Shown in pieces: positions 29,734-40,150 of a stretch of DNA of 64,000 nt. How positions within the stretch are numbered: the first letter of the stretch is position 1; each line of letters begins with the position of its first letter. Origin of the DNA: an uncultured Methanosarcinaceae archaeon (GTDB lineage: Archaea; Halobacteriota; Methanosarcinia; Methanosarcinales; Methanosarcinaceae); assembly GCA_963847185.1 (NCBI GenBank), contig CAWJYV010000008.1, positions 96,001 through 160,000 on the forward strand, read 5' to 3'. The notes under the pieces are model-generated. The model saw only the letters and a program-made list of their open reading frames with translations. It did not search any database and was not told the DNA's origin. Position numbers and translations under genes: made by a program.

Positions 29734-31792
29734 TATTAAATCGGATGTAAAGGAAACTGTAAAGGCTTTCATTCAGACACTTGTCAGTATCCTGGTCAGG
29801 GAAGCTACTAAGACGATGATTAAAAACCTGACTGAACGACAAAAAAAGAGATTTGAAGACAAGATTAAAGATATGTCGGATGATCAACTCTCACAATATT
29901 TAGATGAAAATCCTTATTTCAAAAATTCACTGGAAGATGCTCTAAAGTCATTGGGTAGTACCCACTCATCAAAAGAAACAGTATCTTTAATGGATAAATT
30001 ACAGTCAGTTTATGAAGGCACTTCTATCAAGAAACCGATAAGCTCCTTTATCTGGCCAGCTCCTAAAATAATTCTTGTGACAGTAGTCGGAATAGCGTTA
30101 TTGTCCTCATTTGCCGTTCAAGCATTCTCGGAAAACCGGGATAATAACACCTCCCTCCCCGGTAATAATTCCACCCTCCTTTTCGATAATAATACCACTT
30201 CCACACAATCACCCATAGCAAATTTCACTACCAACGTCACTAATGGTAGCTCACCCCTTACTGTTCAGTTTTCAGATTTGTCAGAAAATACAAAAGAAAG
30301 GAGCTGGGACTTTGGAGATGGAAATAATTCTAAAGAGTTGAATCCTGTACATACTTACTTTGCAAAAGGAAACTATACAGTTAACCTTACCGCAATCAAT
30401 GGAACAAAGACAAATTCAATAATTGCAACAATAACAGTTCTGGAAATGCCAGTACAATCAATATCTGGAGGGTCGATGTCTGGTTCATCAAAGCCAGCAA
30501 AATCAACGGATTCAGGGGATGGTACACTTCCTGTAGCAAATTTCAGTACCAATATCACATCTGGTTATGCTCCCCTTACTGTACAATTTAACGACAGTTC
30601 TCAAAATGCGACTTCCTGGAGCTGGGCCTTTGGAGATGGTCAGATATCTTCAGCTCAGAATCCAATTAATACGTATTATTCTGCTGGAACTTATACAGTT
30701 AGCTTGACTGCAAGTAACGCTAACGGTTCCAATATCTCGACAAAATCAAATTTGGTTACAGTTGATAAAACAACTCAAATACTTAACTGGAATAACCCAG
30801 CTGACATAACCTTTGGAACAGCACTTAGCACAACGCAGTTAAACGCATTTTCTTCGGTCCCTGGAACCTTTGCTTATACTCCATCTTCAGGAACTGTATT
30901 GAATGCAGGTTCCCATATATTGCACGTAGCTTTTACACCTAATGATGCTGTAAATTTCCCCAATGCATCAAAGGATGTTACAATCAATGTCAAGCCAGTT
31001 GCTCCTACAATTAACTGGAGCGATCCTGATGACAGAATCTACGGGGAATCAATAGAGGAATGGAACGTATATGATGGGGAAGTAGTACGAGGGGTATTAA
31101 ACGCGGAATTCCTGGGTATAGATGGAAATCCGTTACCTGGAAACCATACCTATACGCCAGCAACAGGAACTGTACTGAGTGCAGGTACACATACATTGCA
31201 TGTTGATTTCACACCTGCTGATACTGCAAATTACACCAATGCATCAAAGGATGTTCAAATCAATATCCTGCAAGCAACTCCAGTTATTTACTGGACATAT
31301 CCTGGAGCCATAAAATATGGAGAATCAATAATGGAACCTGAAGTGGGTGACGTACTACCAGGGGTATTAGATGCGGAATTCATAGGCATGGATGGAAATC
31401 CGTTACCTGGAAATTATTCCTATACTCCAGCAGCAGGAACTGTATTGAGTGCGGATACACATACATTGCATGTTGATTTCACACCCACTGATGCAGCGAA
31501 CTACACCAATGCATCAAAGAATGTTACAATCAATGTCATGCAAGCGACTCCTGAGATTACATGGAATATCCCGAATGAAATATACGACAACGAAAAACTG
31601 CTTTCTCAGGTATATGCACAGGCTAATGTAGCTGGAACTTTTGTCTATTTAGCTGATGGAATTCCAGTAGAAGTAGATACAAACCTGAGTGAAGGCGATC
31701 ATACATTGACCGTTACATTCACACCCACTGATACAAACTACACTACAAAAACCGAGATTATTGATATCAATGTTAAGATGTATATTAATTAA
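29726..31792 (+). CDS. Membrane-anchored surface protein: soluble N-terminal domain, TM, 2 PKD and Ig-like repeats
   Basis: TM IILVTVVGIALLSSFAVQA; WDFGDG/WAFGDG PKD units; repeated I-x-W..P...YTP..GTVL..G.HTLHVDFTP units; GGTGG RBS before ATG 29726. Confidence 0.8.
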   Translation: MSDIKSDVKETVKAFIQTLVSILVREATKTMIKNLTERQKKRFEDKIKDMSDDQLSQYLDENPYFKNSLEDALKSLGSTHSSKETVSLMDKLQSVYEGTSIKKPISSFIWPAPKIILVTVVGIALLSSFAVQAFSENRDNNTSLPGNNSTLLFDNNTTSTQSPIANFTTNVTNGSSPLTVQFSDLSENTKERSWDFGDGNNSKELNPVHTYFAKGNYTVNLTAINGTKTNSIIATITVLEMPVQSISGGSMSGSSKPAKSTDSGDGTLPVANFSTNITSGYAPLTVQFNDSSQNATSWSWAFGDGQISSAQNPINTYYSAGTYTVSLTASNANGSNISTKSNLVTVDKTTQILNWNNPADITFGTALSTTQLNAFSSVPGTFAYTPSSGTVLNAGSHILHVAFTPNDAVNFPNASKDVTINVKPVAPTINWSDPDDRIYGESIEEWNVYDGEVVRGVLNAEFLGIDGNPLPGNHTYTPATGTVLSAGTHTLHVDFTPADTANYTNASKDVQINILQATPVIYWTYPGAIKYGESIMEPEVGDVLPGVLDAEFIGMDGNPLPGNYSYTPAAGTVLSADTHTLHVDFTPTDAANYTNASKNVTINVMQATPEITWNIPNEIYDNEKLLSQVYAQANVAGTFVYLADGIPVEVDTNLSEGDHTLTVTFTPTDTNYTTKTEIIDINVKMYIN

Positions 31793-32030
31793 CCGCGCGT
31801 CGGCTATAGAGAAAGTGGTTATCCGCTTTCCCTTTCCTTCAAACTATAACGCGAATGTTATCAAGTGGTAAGTTCACATGTTAGAGAACTTCTGACAGGC
31901 TCTTAAATAAAGAATACTTTCATAAATGCACTAAACAAAGAATAATTTCTATGTGATTATCTAATAAGAATAGCGCCGAGTTGGATTTTCATAAAAGTAA
32001 AAGGCGGATCAGAAGATCCGTTTCCTCTTC

Positions 32031-32414
32031 TTACTTCTGTTCTTTCAGCCTTTTTATAAAACCTTGAAGTCCTGCTTTATGCCTGGCTTCGTCAAGAGAA
32101 GCTCTCTCAAAGAAAAGGGCAGCTCTTGTATTGCCTTCTTTTCTGGCCAGTTCGGCAGCCTGGGCTTTTTCAACTTCGGCTTTGCTTTCCCCTTCCAGCA
32201 TCATCTCCAGATTTTCAAGGGTTGATTCTTTAACAAGTCCGAGGATTTCAGCCACTTCGGTAGCATGCCAGGCCTCGTCCATAGCAATCTGGCGGAGGTA
32301 AACTGCTACATCAGCAAGCCCTTCTCTCTCGGCAACCTTTGACATTGCAAGATACCATCCAACTTCAGTGGTTTCTCCTCTAAAATTGTCTTTTAAGATC
32401 TGTTCAAGACTCAC
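32031..32414 (-). CDS. Rubrerythrin/ferritin-like protein
   Basis: GE..E, DEAWH, GE..AE and DEARH diiron motifs; GTG start with GGTGA RBS. Confidence 0.85.
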   Translation of the reverse strand: MSLEQILKDNFRGETTEVGWYLAMSKVAEREGLADVAVYLRQIAMDEAWHATEVAEILGLVKESTLENLEMMLEGESKAEVEKAQAAELARKEGNTRAALFFERASLDEARHKAGLQGFIKRLKEQK

Positions 32415-32735
32415 AAAATCACCTTTTCTCTTTAAAATCGATTTATATATTAACATAGATTGGATTTAGAAACTAAGATTTGGCTGCATTTACGAGATAC
32501 AAAATATGGGTCATGAAGCTCAAAATATCTTCCCAACAACTCAAAACTAATACATTTAAGGATAAATAAGGGTTCTGAACACAAATAGAGAAGGTATTTT
32601 AAAGGAAAGAAGGTATTTTCAAGGAAAAGAGGATATTTTCAAGGAAGAAGCTTTCAGAAAGTAAAAATTAAAACCAGAAAAGGGATTTATAAGGAAGTCA
32701 TTATAAAATGTTATAACATATGGAAAATAATCAAT

Positions 32736-32931
32736 ATGAAAATTTATATTGATGAGAAGAAATGTACAGGCTGTGGAAATGTAAAGCTGCCTGTCCGAAA
32801 GGTCCGAGGATTTATTCCATTGAAGAAAAAAATGGGAAAAAGTCTGTATTTTGTAGGACCCTTCATACTTTCTTGGTTGCAGGATGTGCGTAACTGTCTG
32901 TATGGAAGGTGCTATTACCCTTGAGAACTGA
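32736..32931 (+). pseudogene. Frameshifted 2x4Fe-4S ferredoxin
   Basis: Pieces in different frames: MKIYIDEKKCTGCG / CKAACPKGPRIY / DPSYFLGCRMCVTVCMEGAITLEN*. Confidence 0.75.
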
Positions 32932-32948
32932 TTTTAAAAAACGCAGGA

Positions 32949-33716
32949 TTGAGAAATTTGTCACTTGATATTCGTATAGTGCTTGTTGAACCCATGTACC
33001 AGGGAAATGTCGGATCAGTAGCAAGAGTTATGAAGAATTTTGGGTATACAGACCTGGTGCTGGTAAACCCCTGCGAACTCGAAGGACAGGCAAGAGCAAT
33101 GGCTTCCCATGCCCGGGATGTGCTTGAAGGAGCAGGGATTGCTTCAACTCTTGAAGAGGCCGTAGAAGGCGCGAATCTACTTGTTGGGACCACAGGAGTT
33201 GGAAGTTTGAAGACCGGAGAACATATCCGCCTTCCTCTTTATACGGCAAGAGACCTTAAAGAGAGACTCAAAGGATACAGCGGAACGGTTGCGATCCTGT
33301 TTGGGCGTGAGGATAATGGTTTTCGAAACGATGAGCTTAAAAGCTTTGATATGCTGATTACAGTTCCAACCTCTGAAGTATATCCTATCATGAATCTTTC
33401 TCATGCAGTTGCAGTGGTACTCTACGAACTTGCTGAATTGGAAGGAGGAAACAATCCGCTTGCAGAGGGATTTGACCTGCAGCTCCTGTATGGGCATCTG
33501 GAGAAATTTCTGGAGAAAATAGATTATCCTCCACACAAAAAAGATAAAACTTTTCTGATGCTGCGGAGGATACTCGGAAGGGCTGGACTGACTCCAAGAG
33601 AGGTTCAGACTTTGCGAGGTATAATAAGGAAAACAGAGAGAAAAATGGGGTACGCGGCAAAAGACTCTGAAAGCTCTGAGACGGAAGACCCGGAAAGCAT
33701 GGAAAAGTTCATATGA
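32949..33716 (+). CDS. trmJ: tRNA (cytidine/uridine-2'-O)-methyltransferase, TrmJ/SPOUT family
   Basis: GNVGSVARVMKNFG, FGREDNG and YPIMNLSHAV motifs. Confidence 0.88.
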   Translation: MRNLSLDIRIVLVEPMYQGNVGSVARVMKNFGYTDLVLVNPCELEGQARAMASHARDVLEGAGIASTLEEAVEGANLLVGTTGVGSLKTGEHIRLPLYTARDLKERLKGYSGTVAILFGREDNGFRNDELKSFDMLITVPTSEVYPIMNLSHAVAVVLYELAELEGGNNPLAEGFDLQLLYGHLEKFLEKIDYPPHKKDKTFLMLRRILGRAGLTPREVQTLRGIIRKTERKMGYAAKDSESSETEDPESMEKFI

Positions 33717-33859
33717 GAATAAGCCTGTAATAGGAGAATAAGTCTGTTCTTATATCAGAATTTATCGTACATTTTTCAACTTTTTTTTGAGTTATTTTAT
33801 GCAAAAATTAGCTTGAAGAAAATAAGAATTTTACATAAAGCCAAATTTTCGAGAATGAT

Positions 33860-35962
33860 ATGACTGAAACAGAAAGCAAGTGGGATGAGAAACTAAAAAA
33901 ATTTTTTAAAGATTATTACTGGAATGAAATTCTCCAGCTTGCAAATGAGTATCCAGATCAGCGAAGTCTTGTAGTGGATTTCACGGATATTGAGAAATTT
34001 GATAGAGAGCTTTCAAAAGAGTTCCTCGAACATCCCGGAGAACTCATAGAAGCAGCTGAAGCTGCACTTAAAGAAATCGACCTTCCTGTGGAAAAGAGTT
34101 TTGAAGAGGCTCATGTAAGGATTATAAAAATTCCCAATAGAATCCCTATAAGAGAGCTGAGAAGCAAGCACCTTGCACGTTTCGTTGCAATTGAAGGCAT
34201 GATCAGAAAGGCTACCGAGGTCAGACCAAGAATCACGAAAGCCGCTTTCAAGTGCCTGAGATGCGGTCACCTGACCATTGTTGAGCAAAATAGTTTCAAA
34301 TTCGAAGAACCTTTTGCAGGGTGTGAAGATGAGACATGCGGGAAGAAAGGGCCTTTTAAGGTCATGATAGAAGACTCTACTTTTATTGATGCTCAGAAAC
34401 TCCAGATTCAGGAATCCCCCGAAAACCTAAAAGGAGGTTCCCAGCCCCAGAGCCTGGAGGTGGATGCTTCAGATGACCTGACAGGAAATGTCACCCCTGG
34501 AGATAGAGTAATAGCTAACGGAATTCTGAAATCCGTCCAGCGTACTCTAAAAGATGGAAAATCTACCTTCTATGACCTTGTACTCGAAGCAAATTCGATT
34601 GAACGCCTTGATAGGGACTTTGACGAACTTGAAATAACTCCTGAAGACGAAGAAAAAATCCTTGAACTTTCCCGTGACCCGGCAATTTACGAAAAAATTG
34701 TTGGTTCTGTTGCTCCTTCAATTTACGGGTATGAGGACATAAAGGAAGCCCTTGCTCTCCAGCTGTTTTCAGGCGTGGTAAAAAATCTTCCTGACGGGGC
34801 AAGAATTAGGGGAGATATCCATATTATGCTTGTAGGAGACCCTGGGATTGCAAAAAGCCAGCTTCTGCGTTATGTGATCAAACTCTCTCCAAGAGGTGTC
34901 TTTACATCAGGGCGGAGTGCATCTGCAAGCGGTTTGACTGCAGCTGCCGTAAAAGACGATCTCAATGACGGGAGATGGACAATAGAAGGTGGAGCTCTTG
35001 TCATGGCAGATATGGGTATTGCTGCAGTTGACGAGATGGACAAGATGAAGACAGAGGATAAGAGTGCTCTACATGAGGCAATGGAGCAGCAAACTATTAG
35101 TATTGCTAAAGCAGGCATAATTGCTACTCTTAAATCTCGTTGCGCCCTTCTGGGGGCTGCAAACCCAAAATACGGGCGCTTTGACCGGTACGAAGGTCTC
35201 GCAGAACAAATAAGCATGCCTCCCGCGCTGCTTTCTCGTTTTGATCTCATCTTTGTTCTATTAGATACCCCTAACCACGCCCTGGACAACAGGATTGCAA
35301 ATCATATCTTACAGTCTCATTATGCAGGAGAACTTTTCGAGCAGAGGCAAAAACTTCCTGGTTCCCATATTACGGAAGATTTTGTTGAAGCTGAACTGGA
35401 AGTTATAGAACCTGTTATAGAAGCCGAACTGATGCGAAAATACGTTGCATATGCCCGGAAAAACGTTTATCCTGTTATGGAAAGCGATGCAAGAGCATAT
35501 CTTATAAACTTCTATACGGATCTTCGAAAAACAGGCGAAGGGAAGAACACACCTGTACCTGTAACGGCAAGGCAGCTTGAAGCACTTGTCCGCCTCTCGG
35601 AAGCAAGCTCAAGAGTCCGCCTGAGCAATATAGTCACGCTCGAAGATGCAAAACGGACTGTAAAAATTGTAATGAATTGCCTGAAAAATGTAGGTGTTGA
35701 TCCTGAAACAGGCGCTCTTGACGCAGATATACTCGCATCTGGTACCAGCATGAGCCAGAGAAACAAGATAAAAGTCCTCAAAGATATAATTAAGAAAGTA
35801 AGTGAAAGGCATCCAGGTGCTAAAGCTCCTCTTGAAGAGGTATATGCTGAAGCTAACGAACAGGGTATAGATAGGACTCATGCAGAAGAGAATATCAGGA
35901 AAATGAAACAGAGAGGAGATCTCCTTTCCCCAGATCAAAGTCATATAAGGCTTGTAAATTAA
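33860..35962 (+). CDS. mcm: Replicative DNA helicase MCM
   Basis: Zn finger, GDPGIAKSQ, GLTAA, DEMDKM, HEAMEQQ, SRFD, TARQLE; no intein. Confidence 0.97.
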   Translation: MTETESKWDEKLKKFFKDYYWNEILQLANEYPDQRSLVVDFTDIEKFDRELSKEFLEHPGELIEAAEAALKEIDLPVEKSFEEAHVRIIKIPNRIPIRELRSKHLARFVAIEGMIRKATEVRPRITKAAFKCLRCGHLTIVEQNSFKFEEPFAGCEDETCGKKGPFKVMIEDSTFIDAQKLQIQESPENLKGGSQPQSLEVDASDDLTGNVTPGDRVIANGILKSVQRTLKDGKSTFYDLVLEANSIERLDRDFDELEITPEDEEKILELSRDPAIYEKIVGSVAPSIYGYEDIKEALALQLFSGVVKNLPDGARIRGDIHIMLVGDPGIAKSQLLRYVIKLSPRGVFTSGRSASASGLTAAAVKDDLNDGRWTIEGGALVMADMGIAAVDEMDKMKTEDKSALHEAMEQQTISIAKAGIIATLKSRCALLGAANPKYGRFDRYEGLAEQISMPPALLSRFDLIFVLLDTPNHALDNRIANHILQSHYAGELFEQRQKLPGSHITEDFVEAELEVIEPVIEAELMRKYVAYARKNVYPVMESDARAYLINFYTDLRKTGEGKNTPVPVTARQLEALVRLSEASSRVRLSNIVTLEDAKRTVKIVMNCLKNVGVDPETGALDADILASGTSMSQRNKIKVLKDIIKKVSERHPGAKAPLEEVYAEANEQGIDRTHAEENIRKMKQRGDLLSPDQSHIRLVN

Positions 35963-36102
35963 ATTAGATTTGAATTAAATGTTTTAATTCTAAAATAAGC
36001 CTGTTTAATTCCCGCGAGTAAAAAATCGCACACATAAAAACTATATGAAGACTGTTAAGCTGTAAATACTAAAAGGGCAAAATATTATCAGGAAGGGAGA
36101 AT

Positions 36103-36393
36103 ATGTATCTAAAAATTTATAAAAATGGAGAGCATGTTCTTGTTGCAGCCTGTGATGAGGAAGTTCTCGGAAAAACCCTGAAGCACGGCAATGCCGTGGT
36201 GGAGATCAGCAGGGGCTTTTATGAAGGAGAAGACGTCTCCGAAGAAGAACTTCAAAAAGCCCTTCAAGGAGCAACTATCGCAAATCTCTTTGGGGAAAAA
36301 ACTATCAAATGCGCTATCAAGTGCAGGCTGATTGATCCGGATTCCGTGATAATTATTGACTGTGTGCCTCATGCCCAGATCTTCAGGATTTAA
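36103..36393 (+). CDS. DUF424 family protein
   Basis: LVAACDEEVLGK, FYEG, ANLFG and VPHAQ motifs. Confidence 0.85.
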   Translation: MYLKIYKNGEHVLVAACDEEVLGKTLKHGNAVVEISRGFYEGEDVSEEELQKALQGATIANLFGEKTIKCAIKCRLIDPDSVIIIDCVPHAQIFRI

Positions 36394-36516
36394 TCCTGGA
36401 CTTTCGGATTAACTCTAAGAAAGTAAAGTAAGGCACAAAAGCCTGGTTTAATGTACCGGGCTGGCTATGAATCTGATAGAATAATATATTTATAAAATAC
36501 AAATACAGATTGTGAT

Positions 36517-37143
36517 ATGGTGAATGGAAATATCGAAGAAGCCGGGATCAGAATGTATACGGAAGGGGAGCTGATCTCCGCAGTTGTGGAAAAACACAGA
36601 CAGTTTCTGGAAGTAGACAGAAAGGAACTGGAAGAGCTGGACAGCAGGCTGAGCCAGGTTGAAGAAGACGTAAAAAACACAAAGAATTCCAGAATCCGAA
36701 TTGCGGAAAGAAAAGAAGTGCTGAAGGAGAAAAGGCAACAATTTTATCACCAGGCAGAAGCACTGCTCGAAAGAGATCCCTTCCCTAAACTGGACCCGAT
36801 AACTGCCAATAAGTTTAAGGAGGAAATTAAAAAACTTAAAGGCCAGATAGAACCCGAAGAAGAGCAAAAGCTTAAAGACTCGTTTATGGAAAATTTGCGA
36901 GAGACTGTTCGGGCTGCAGGGCTTGAAGAAAACATTCTTCTGCAAATTCAGGCCAGAATAGAGGAAGCCAGAAATTCAAATCTGGAACTAAAAGACTTAA
37001 TAGAGTCTGAAAAACAGTTTGAAGTGGATGATGGCAGCAAGGATGAAGAAATTTCTAAAAGTAAATCCCAGCATAAATGGCTCATTACCAAAATTAAAAA
37101 CCATGAAGAAGCCCTTAATTACTGGGGAAAATTGAAAGTATAA
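36517..37143 (+). CDS. Hypothetical coiled-coil protein
   Basis: Charged heptad-rich 208 aa; C-terminal HEEALNYW. Confidence 0.75.
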   Translation: MVNGNIEEAGIRMYTEGELISAVVEKHRQFLEVDRKELEELDSRLSQVEEDVKNTKNSRIRIAERKEVLKEKRQQFYHQAEALLERDPFPKLDPITANKFKEEIKKLKGQIEPEEEQKLKDSFMENLRETVRAAGLEENILLQIQARIEEARNSNLELKDLIESEKQFEVDDGSKDEEISKSKSQHKWLITKIKNHEEALNYWGKLKV

Positions 37144-37187
37144 ATCCTTAAATTTAAATTCTTTTTCAAACACGCGGGTGGTAGTAC

Positions 37188-38150
37188 ATGAACAACGACG
37201 TTTCAACTACAGGAATTGCAACGGCCGACCTTTCAAACCTTAACGAACGGGAGCTGAAAGATAAGGTAAACGAGCTCAGGAGCAGAGTAGAGAAGAGTGA
37301 AAGACAGTTGGCTTCGATTTTCAAGGAACTGAAAATAAACAGGACCGATATCGATGAACTGAAAGAAAAGAGAGACTCCCTGAATCAGCATGTTAAGGAA
37401 AAGGTTGCAAAAGCACAGGAATTGAGAGATAAAAGGGACGAGATTAACAGGGCGATTGGTGAGTACAAAGGAAAAAGGAGTGACGTGAATTCCAAAACAC
37501 AGGAGCTGTTTTCAGGGATTGCGGAGCTCAAGGACCAGCGGGATGGGTGCAACAAACTTTCCCATGGAAGTGTGGAATCTCTCTCTAAGGCATATGAAGC
37601 AGAACTGGATTCCTTCCTCAATAAAGATTTGCCTCTCGCAGTTGAGATAAAAATATTTCAGAAATTGAATGATCTCAATAAACGCCTGCAAGCTGCAAAA
37701 AAGGCAAATGAATTACACGCTCAGATCCAGGACAGGTATAAAGAATCAAAAGGAATTCATAAAGAGGGCGATGAGTTCCATGAAAAAATCCAGGTACTTT
37801 CAGATGAGTCTCAGGCCTGCCACCTGGAAATGCTCGAAAATTTCAAATCAGCTGATGAGATCCGAAAAGAAGCAAATATTTATCATGCCCAGCTTACGGA
37901 TAAAATCACAAATATAAATATTATCAAGGAAAAAATTGACCCCCTTAAGAACAGCATTGCTAATTCCCGGAAGGATCTCTCCTTATACCTTGAAAGATTA
38001 AAAGACGTGCAGCTTACTAAAGACGAGAACAAGGTAAACCAGAAACACAGCGATGCCCGCGAAAAGCTCCAGAAAAACGCTCGTCTGAGCCTGGAAGACC
38101 TTAAGCTTCTTATTGAAAAAGGGGACGTGAAATTCTCCACAAACGAGTAA
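37188..38150 (+). CDS. Archaeal long coiled-coil protein
   Basis: KRDSLN/KRDEIN repeats; C-terminal LSLEDL. Confidence 0.8.
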   Translation: MNNDVSTTGIATADLSNLNERELKDKVNELRSRVEKSERQLASIFKELKINRTDIDELKEKRDSLNQHVKEKVAKAQELRDKRDEINRAIGEYKGKRSDVNSKTQELFSGIAELKDQRDGCNKLSHGSVESLSKAYEAELDSFLNKDLPLAVEIKIFQKLNDLNKRLQAAKKANELHAQIQDRYKESKGIHKEGDEFHEKIQVLSDESQACHLEMLENFKSADEIRKEANIYHAQLTDKITNINIIKEKIDPLKNSIANSRKDLSLYLERLKDVQLTKDENKVNQKHSDAREKLQKNARLSLEDLKLLIEKGDVKFSTNE

Positions 38151-38457
38151 AAAACTCAAAAACTTAATTGAAGCCGGCGGCAGAAAATTTATTTTTAGCT
38201 ATCTTCGGCTTTTTCAGATTTTGAAATTATATCCCAAATTTGACAGAAGCATATATTGTATAATGTCTAAATGTGCTTCATGCTTCTGTTTTCTTTTTCT
38301 GTTTTCTGTATACAATTCAAAGTTTTGTTTTGTATCTTCTGATTTTTTGACATTTTCCATTTTACAAAAATGTAACATGTCGATGCAACGTGTTTTGTGT
38401 AAGAAAAATACTGTATTGATTAGTAGAATCTGTCAAATTAGGGTTATATCACTAAGT

Positions 38458-39096
38458 TTATTTTCTCTTCATCTTTCCTGCAAAAAGACTTGTAACCAGA
38501 ATTACAGCTCCCAGACTCAGGAGGAAGAAAGGCATACTAAATCCTTCTGCTTGATTTTCTAGTTCCGGAAACTCAGAAGAGGTATTTTCTGAATAATTGT
38601 TGGAAGATCCATTCTGTGTTTGAGGCATAGGGAGTTTGGGATTAAGGTACTGATATACAGGTGAGAACTTGACCAATACACCGTCTGCTCCTTCATATAT
38701 GGTGCTGACAGTGAGATTAAAAACTTCGGTAGAGTTTTGAGTATATACAAACTGAGATCCTTCGGTAGCAATACCATCCTGAAGGGAAATCCCTTCTCTG
38801 CGGAGCTCAAGCCATATCCTTTTTCCATCGATATCCGCACCTTTTACATAAAGTTGATAATCCTGTAAAAAGGTGTGACATTGACCTGACCGTATGTAAA
38901 TGTCGTCTCCATTGATCAGAATAATTTGAAGTTCTTCTTCGCTGTCGGCAGCTAATGCAAATGACATGGAGTAAAAAAGGACTGAACTGAATAAAGCTAC
39001 AAGAAGAAAAAAGGAAAATGCAGAAAGAAAATTTGCTTTCCTATTTTCCTTTTTTCCAGGTTTATCTTGGACGTGCATAAATGCATCTGCCTGCAA
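38458..39096 (-). CDS. S-layer-domain-like exported protein with C-terminal membrane anchor
   Basis: Signal peptide; YQLYVKGADIDGKRIWLEL motif; EGF-hydrophobic-basic tail; start uncertain. Confidence 0.65.
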   Translation of the reverse strand: MQADAFMHVQDKPGKKENRKANFLSAFSFFLLVALFSSVLFYSMSFALAADSEEELQIILINGDDIYIRSGQCHTFLQDYQLYVKGADIDGKRIWLELRREGISLQDGIATEGSQFVYTQNSTEVFNLTVSTIYEGADGVLVKFSPVYQYLNPKLPMPQTQNGSSNNYSENTSSEFPELENQAEGFSMPFFLLSLGAVILVTSLFAGKMKRK

Positions 39097-40039
39097 TAAT
39101 TTCCTCTTTAGTATTGTCTGCTTTTCTTATTATGAGGGCTCCGTCCGGGGTTACTCCTACAGCTTTGCCTTCTATAATTCTTGAAGGCGTTGTAACTTTT
39201 ACTTCCTTTCCAATAGTATCGGAAAGGGTAAGCCAGTCATTCAGGATATGTGAGAATGGCTGGGTCTTGAAATTTATATACTGCTGCTCAAGTTCGAAGA
39301 GAAAGTCCTGCAGGAACGAAACTCTTTTTATGTGCCTTCCAAGCTCGACTTTCAGAGTTGTAGAACCTGCACGGAAAGAATCGGGAATATCTTTTAAGTC
39401 CATATTTACATTGATTCCTATTCCCAGCACAACATAATCTACTCTGTCTACTTCAGCCTTTGCTTCGGTTAGGATTCCGCAGACTTTCTTTCCGTTGATG
39501 CGGACATCATTCGGCCATTTAATGCGGGCATCAAGTCCCATATCCCTAATGACGTTTGCAACCGCAAGCCCGGCAACAAGAGTAAGCCTGGAAGCGTGCC
39601 TGAGAGGAATTCCAGGTTTAAGGATTACAGACATCCATATGCCGCCATGAGGGGAAACCCATTCCCTGCCCATACGGCCTCTGCCTCCTTTCTGCACTTC
39701 AGCGATTACAAGCGCTCCTTCATCTTCAGAAGCAGCAATATCCTTTGCAATACTGTTTGTAGAGCTTACTTCTTCGAAATAATGAATCTTCTGCCCTAGA
39801 AGAGTTGTTTTGAGTCCCATCTGGATTTCTTCCGGGTACAGGAGTTGAGGCACTGATTTCAGGACGTAACCTCTTTTTGGAGATGATTCTATCTCATAAC
39901 CATCAGCCTGGAGGGACTTGACATACTTCCAGACCATTGTTCTGGAGATCCCTAACTTGAGCCCTAATTCTTCTCCTGAAACAGGGCTTTTCTGTGCATC
40001 CTTAAGTGCTTTGATAATTCGAGACCTTTTATCTCCCAT
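39062..40039 (-). CDS. birA: Bifunctional biotin ligase/repressor BirA
   Basis: N-terminal HTH (SGEELG..LGISRTMVWK); Q..GRGRMGR.W, KWPND and KKVCGIL motifs. Confidence 0.93.
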   Translation of the reverse strand: MGDKRSRIIKALKDAQKSPVSGEELGLKLGISRTMVWKYVKSLQADGYEIESSPKRGYVLKSVPQLLYPEEIQMGLKTTLLGQKIHYFEEVSSTNSIAKDIAASEDEGALVIAEVQKGGRGRMGREWVSPHGGIWMSVILKPGIPLRHASRLTLVAGLAVANVIRDMGLDARIKWPNDVRINGKKVCGILTEAKAEVDRVDYVVLGIGINVNMDLKDIPDSFRAGSTTLKVELGRHIKRVSFLQDFLFELEQQYINFKTQPFSHILNDWLTLSDTIGKEVKVTTPSRIIEGKAVGVTPDGALIIRKADNTKEEIIAGRCIYARPR

Positions 40040-40150
40040 CCGTGCATCCCATACCAGTGTATATGTTCCACAGTATATATTATTTTAGCTTAAACTGTTC
40101 CATGACAAGCTGACCAGAACCTCTGGTCCCTACCCTCAGAATCTCTCACG

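Noticed and set aside
33860-35962. Inteins in mcm (and in rfcS)
   Set aside because: Both proteins are normal length with contiguous Walker motifs
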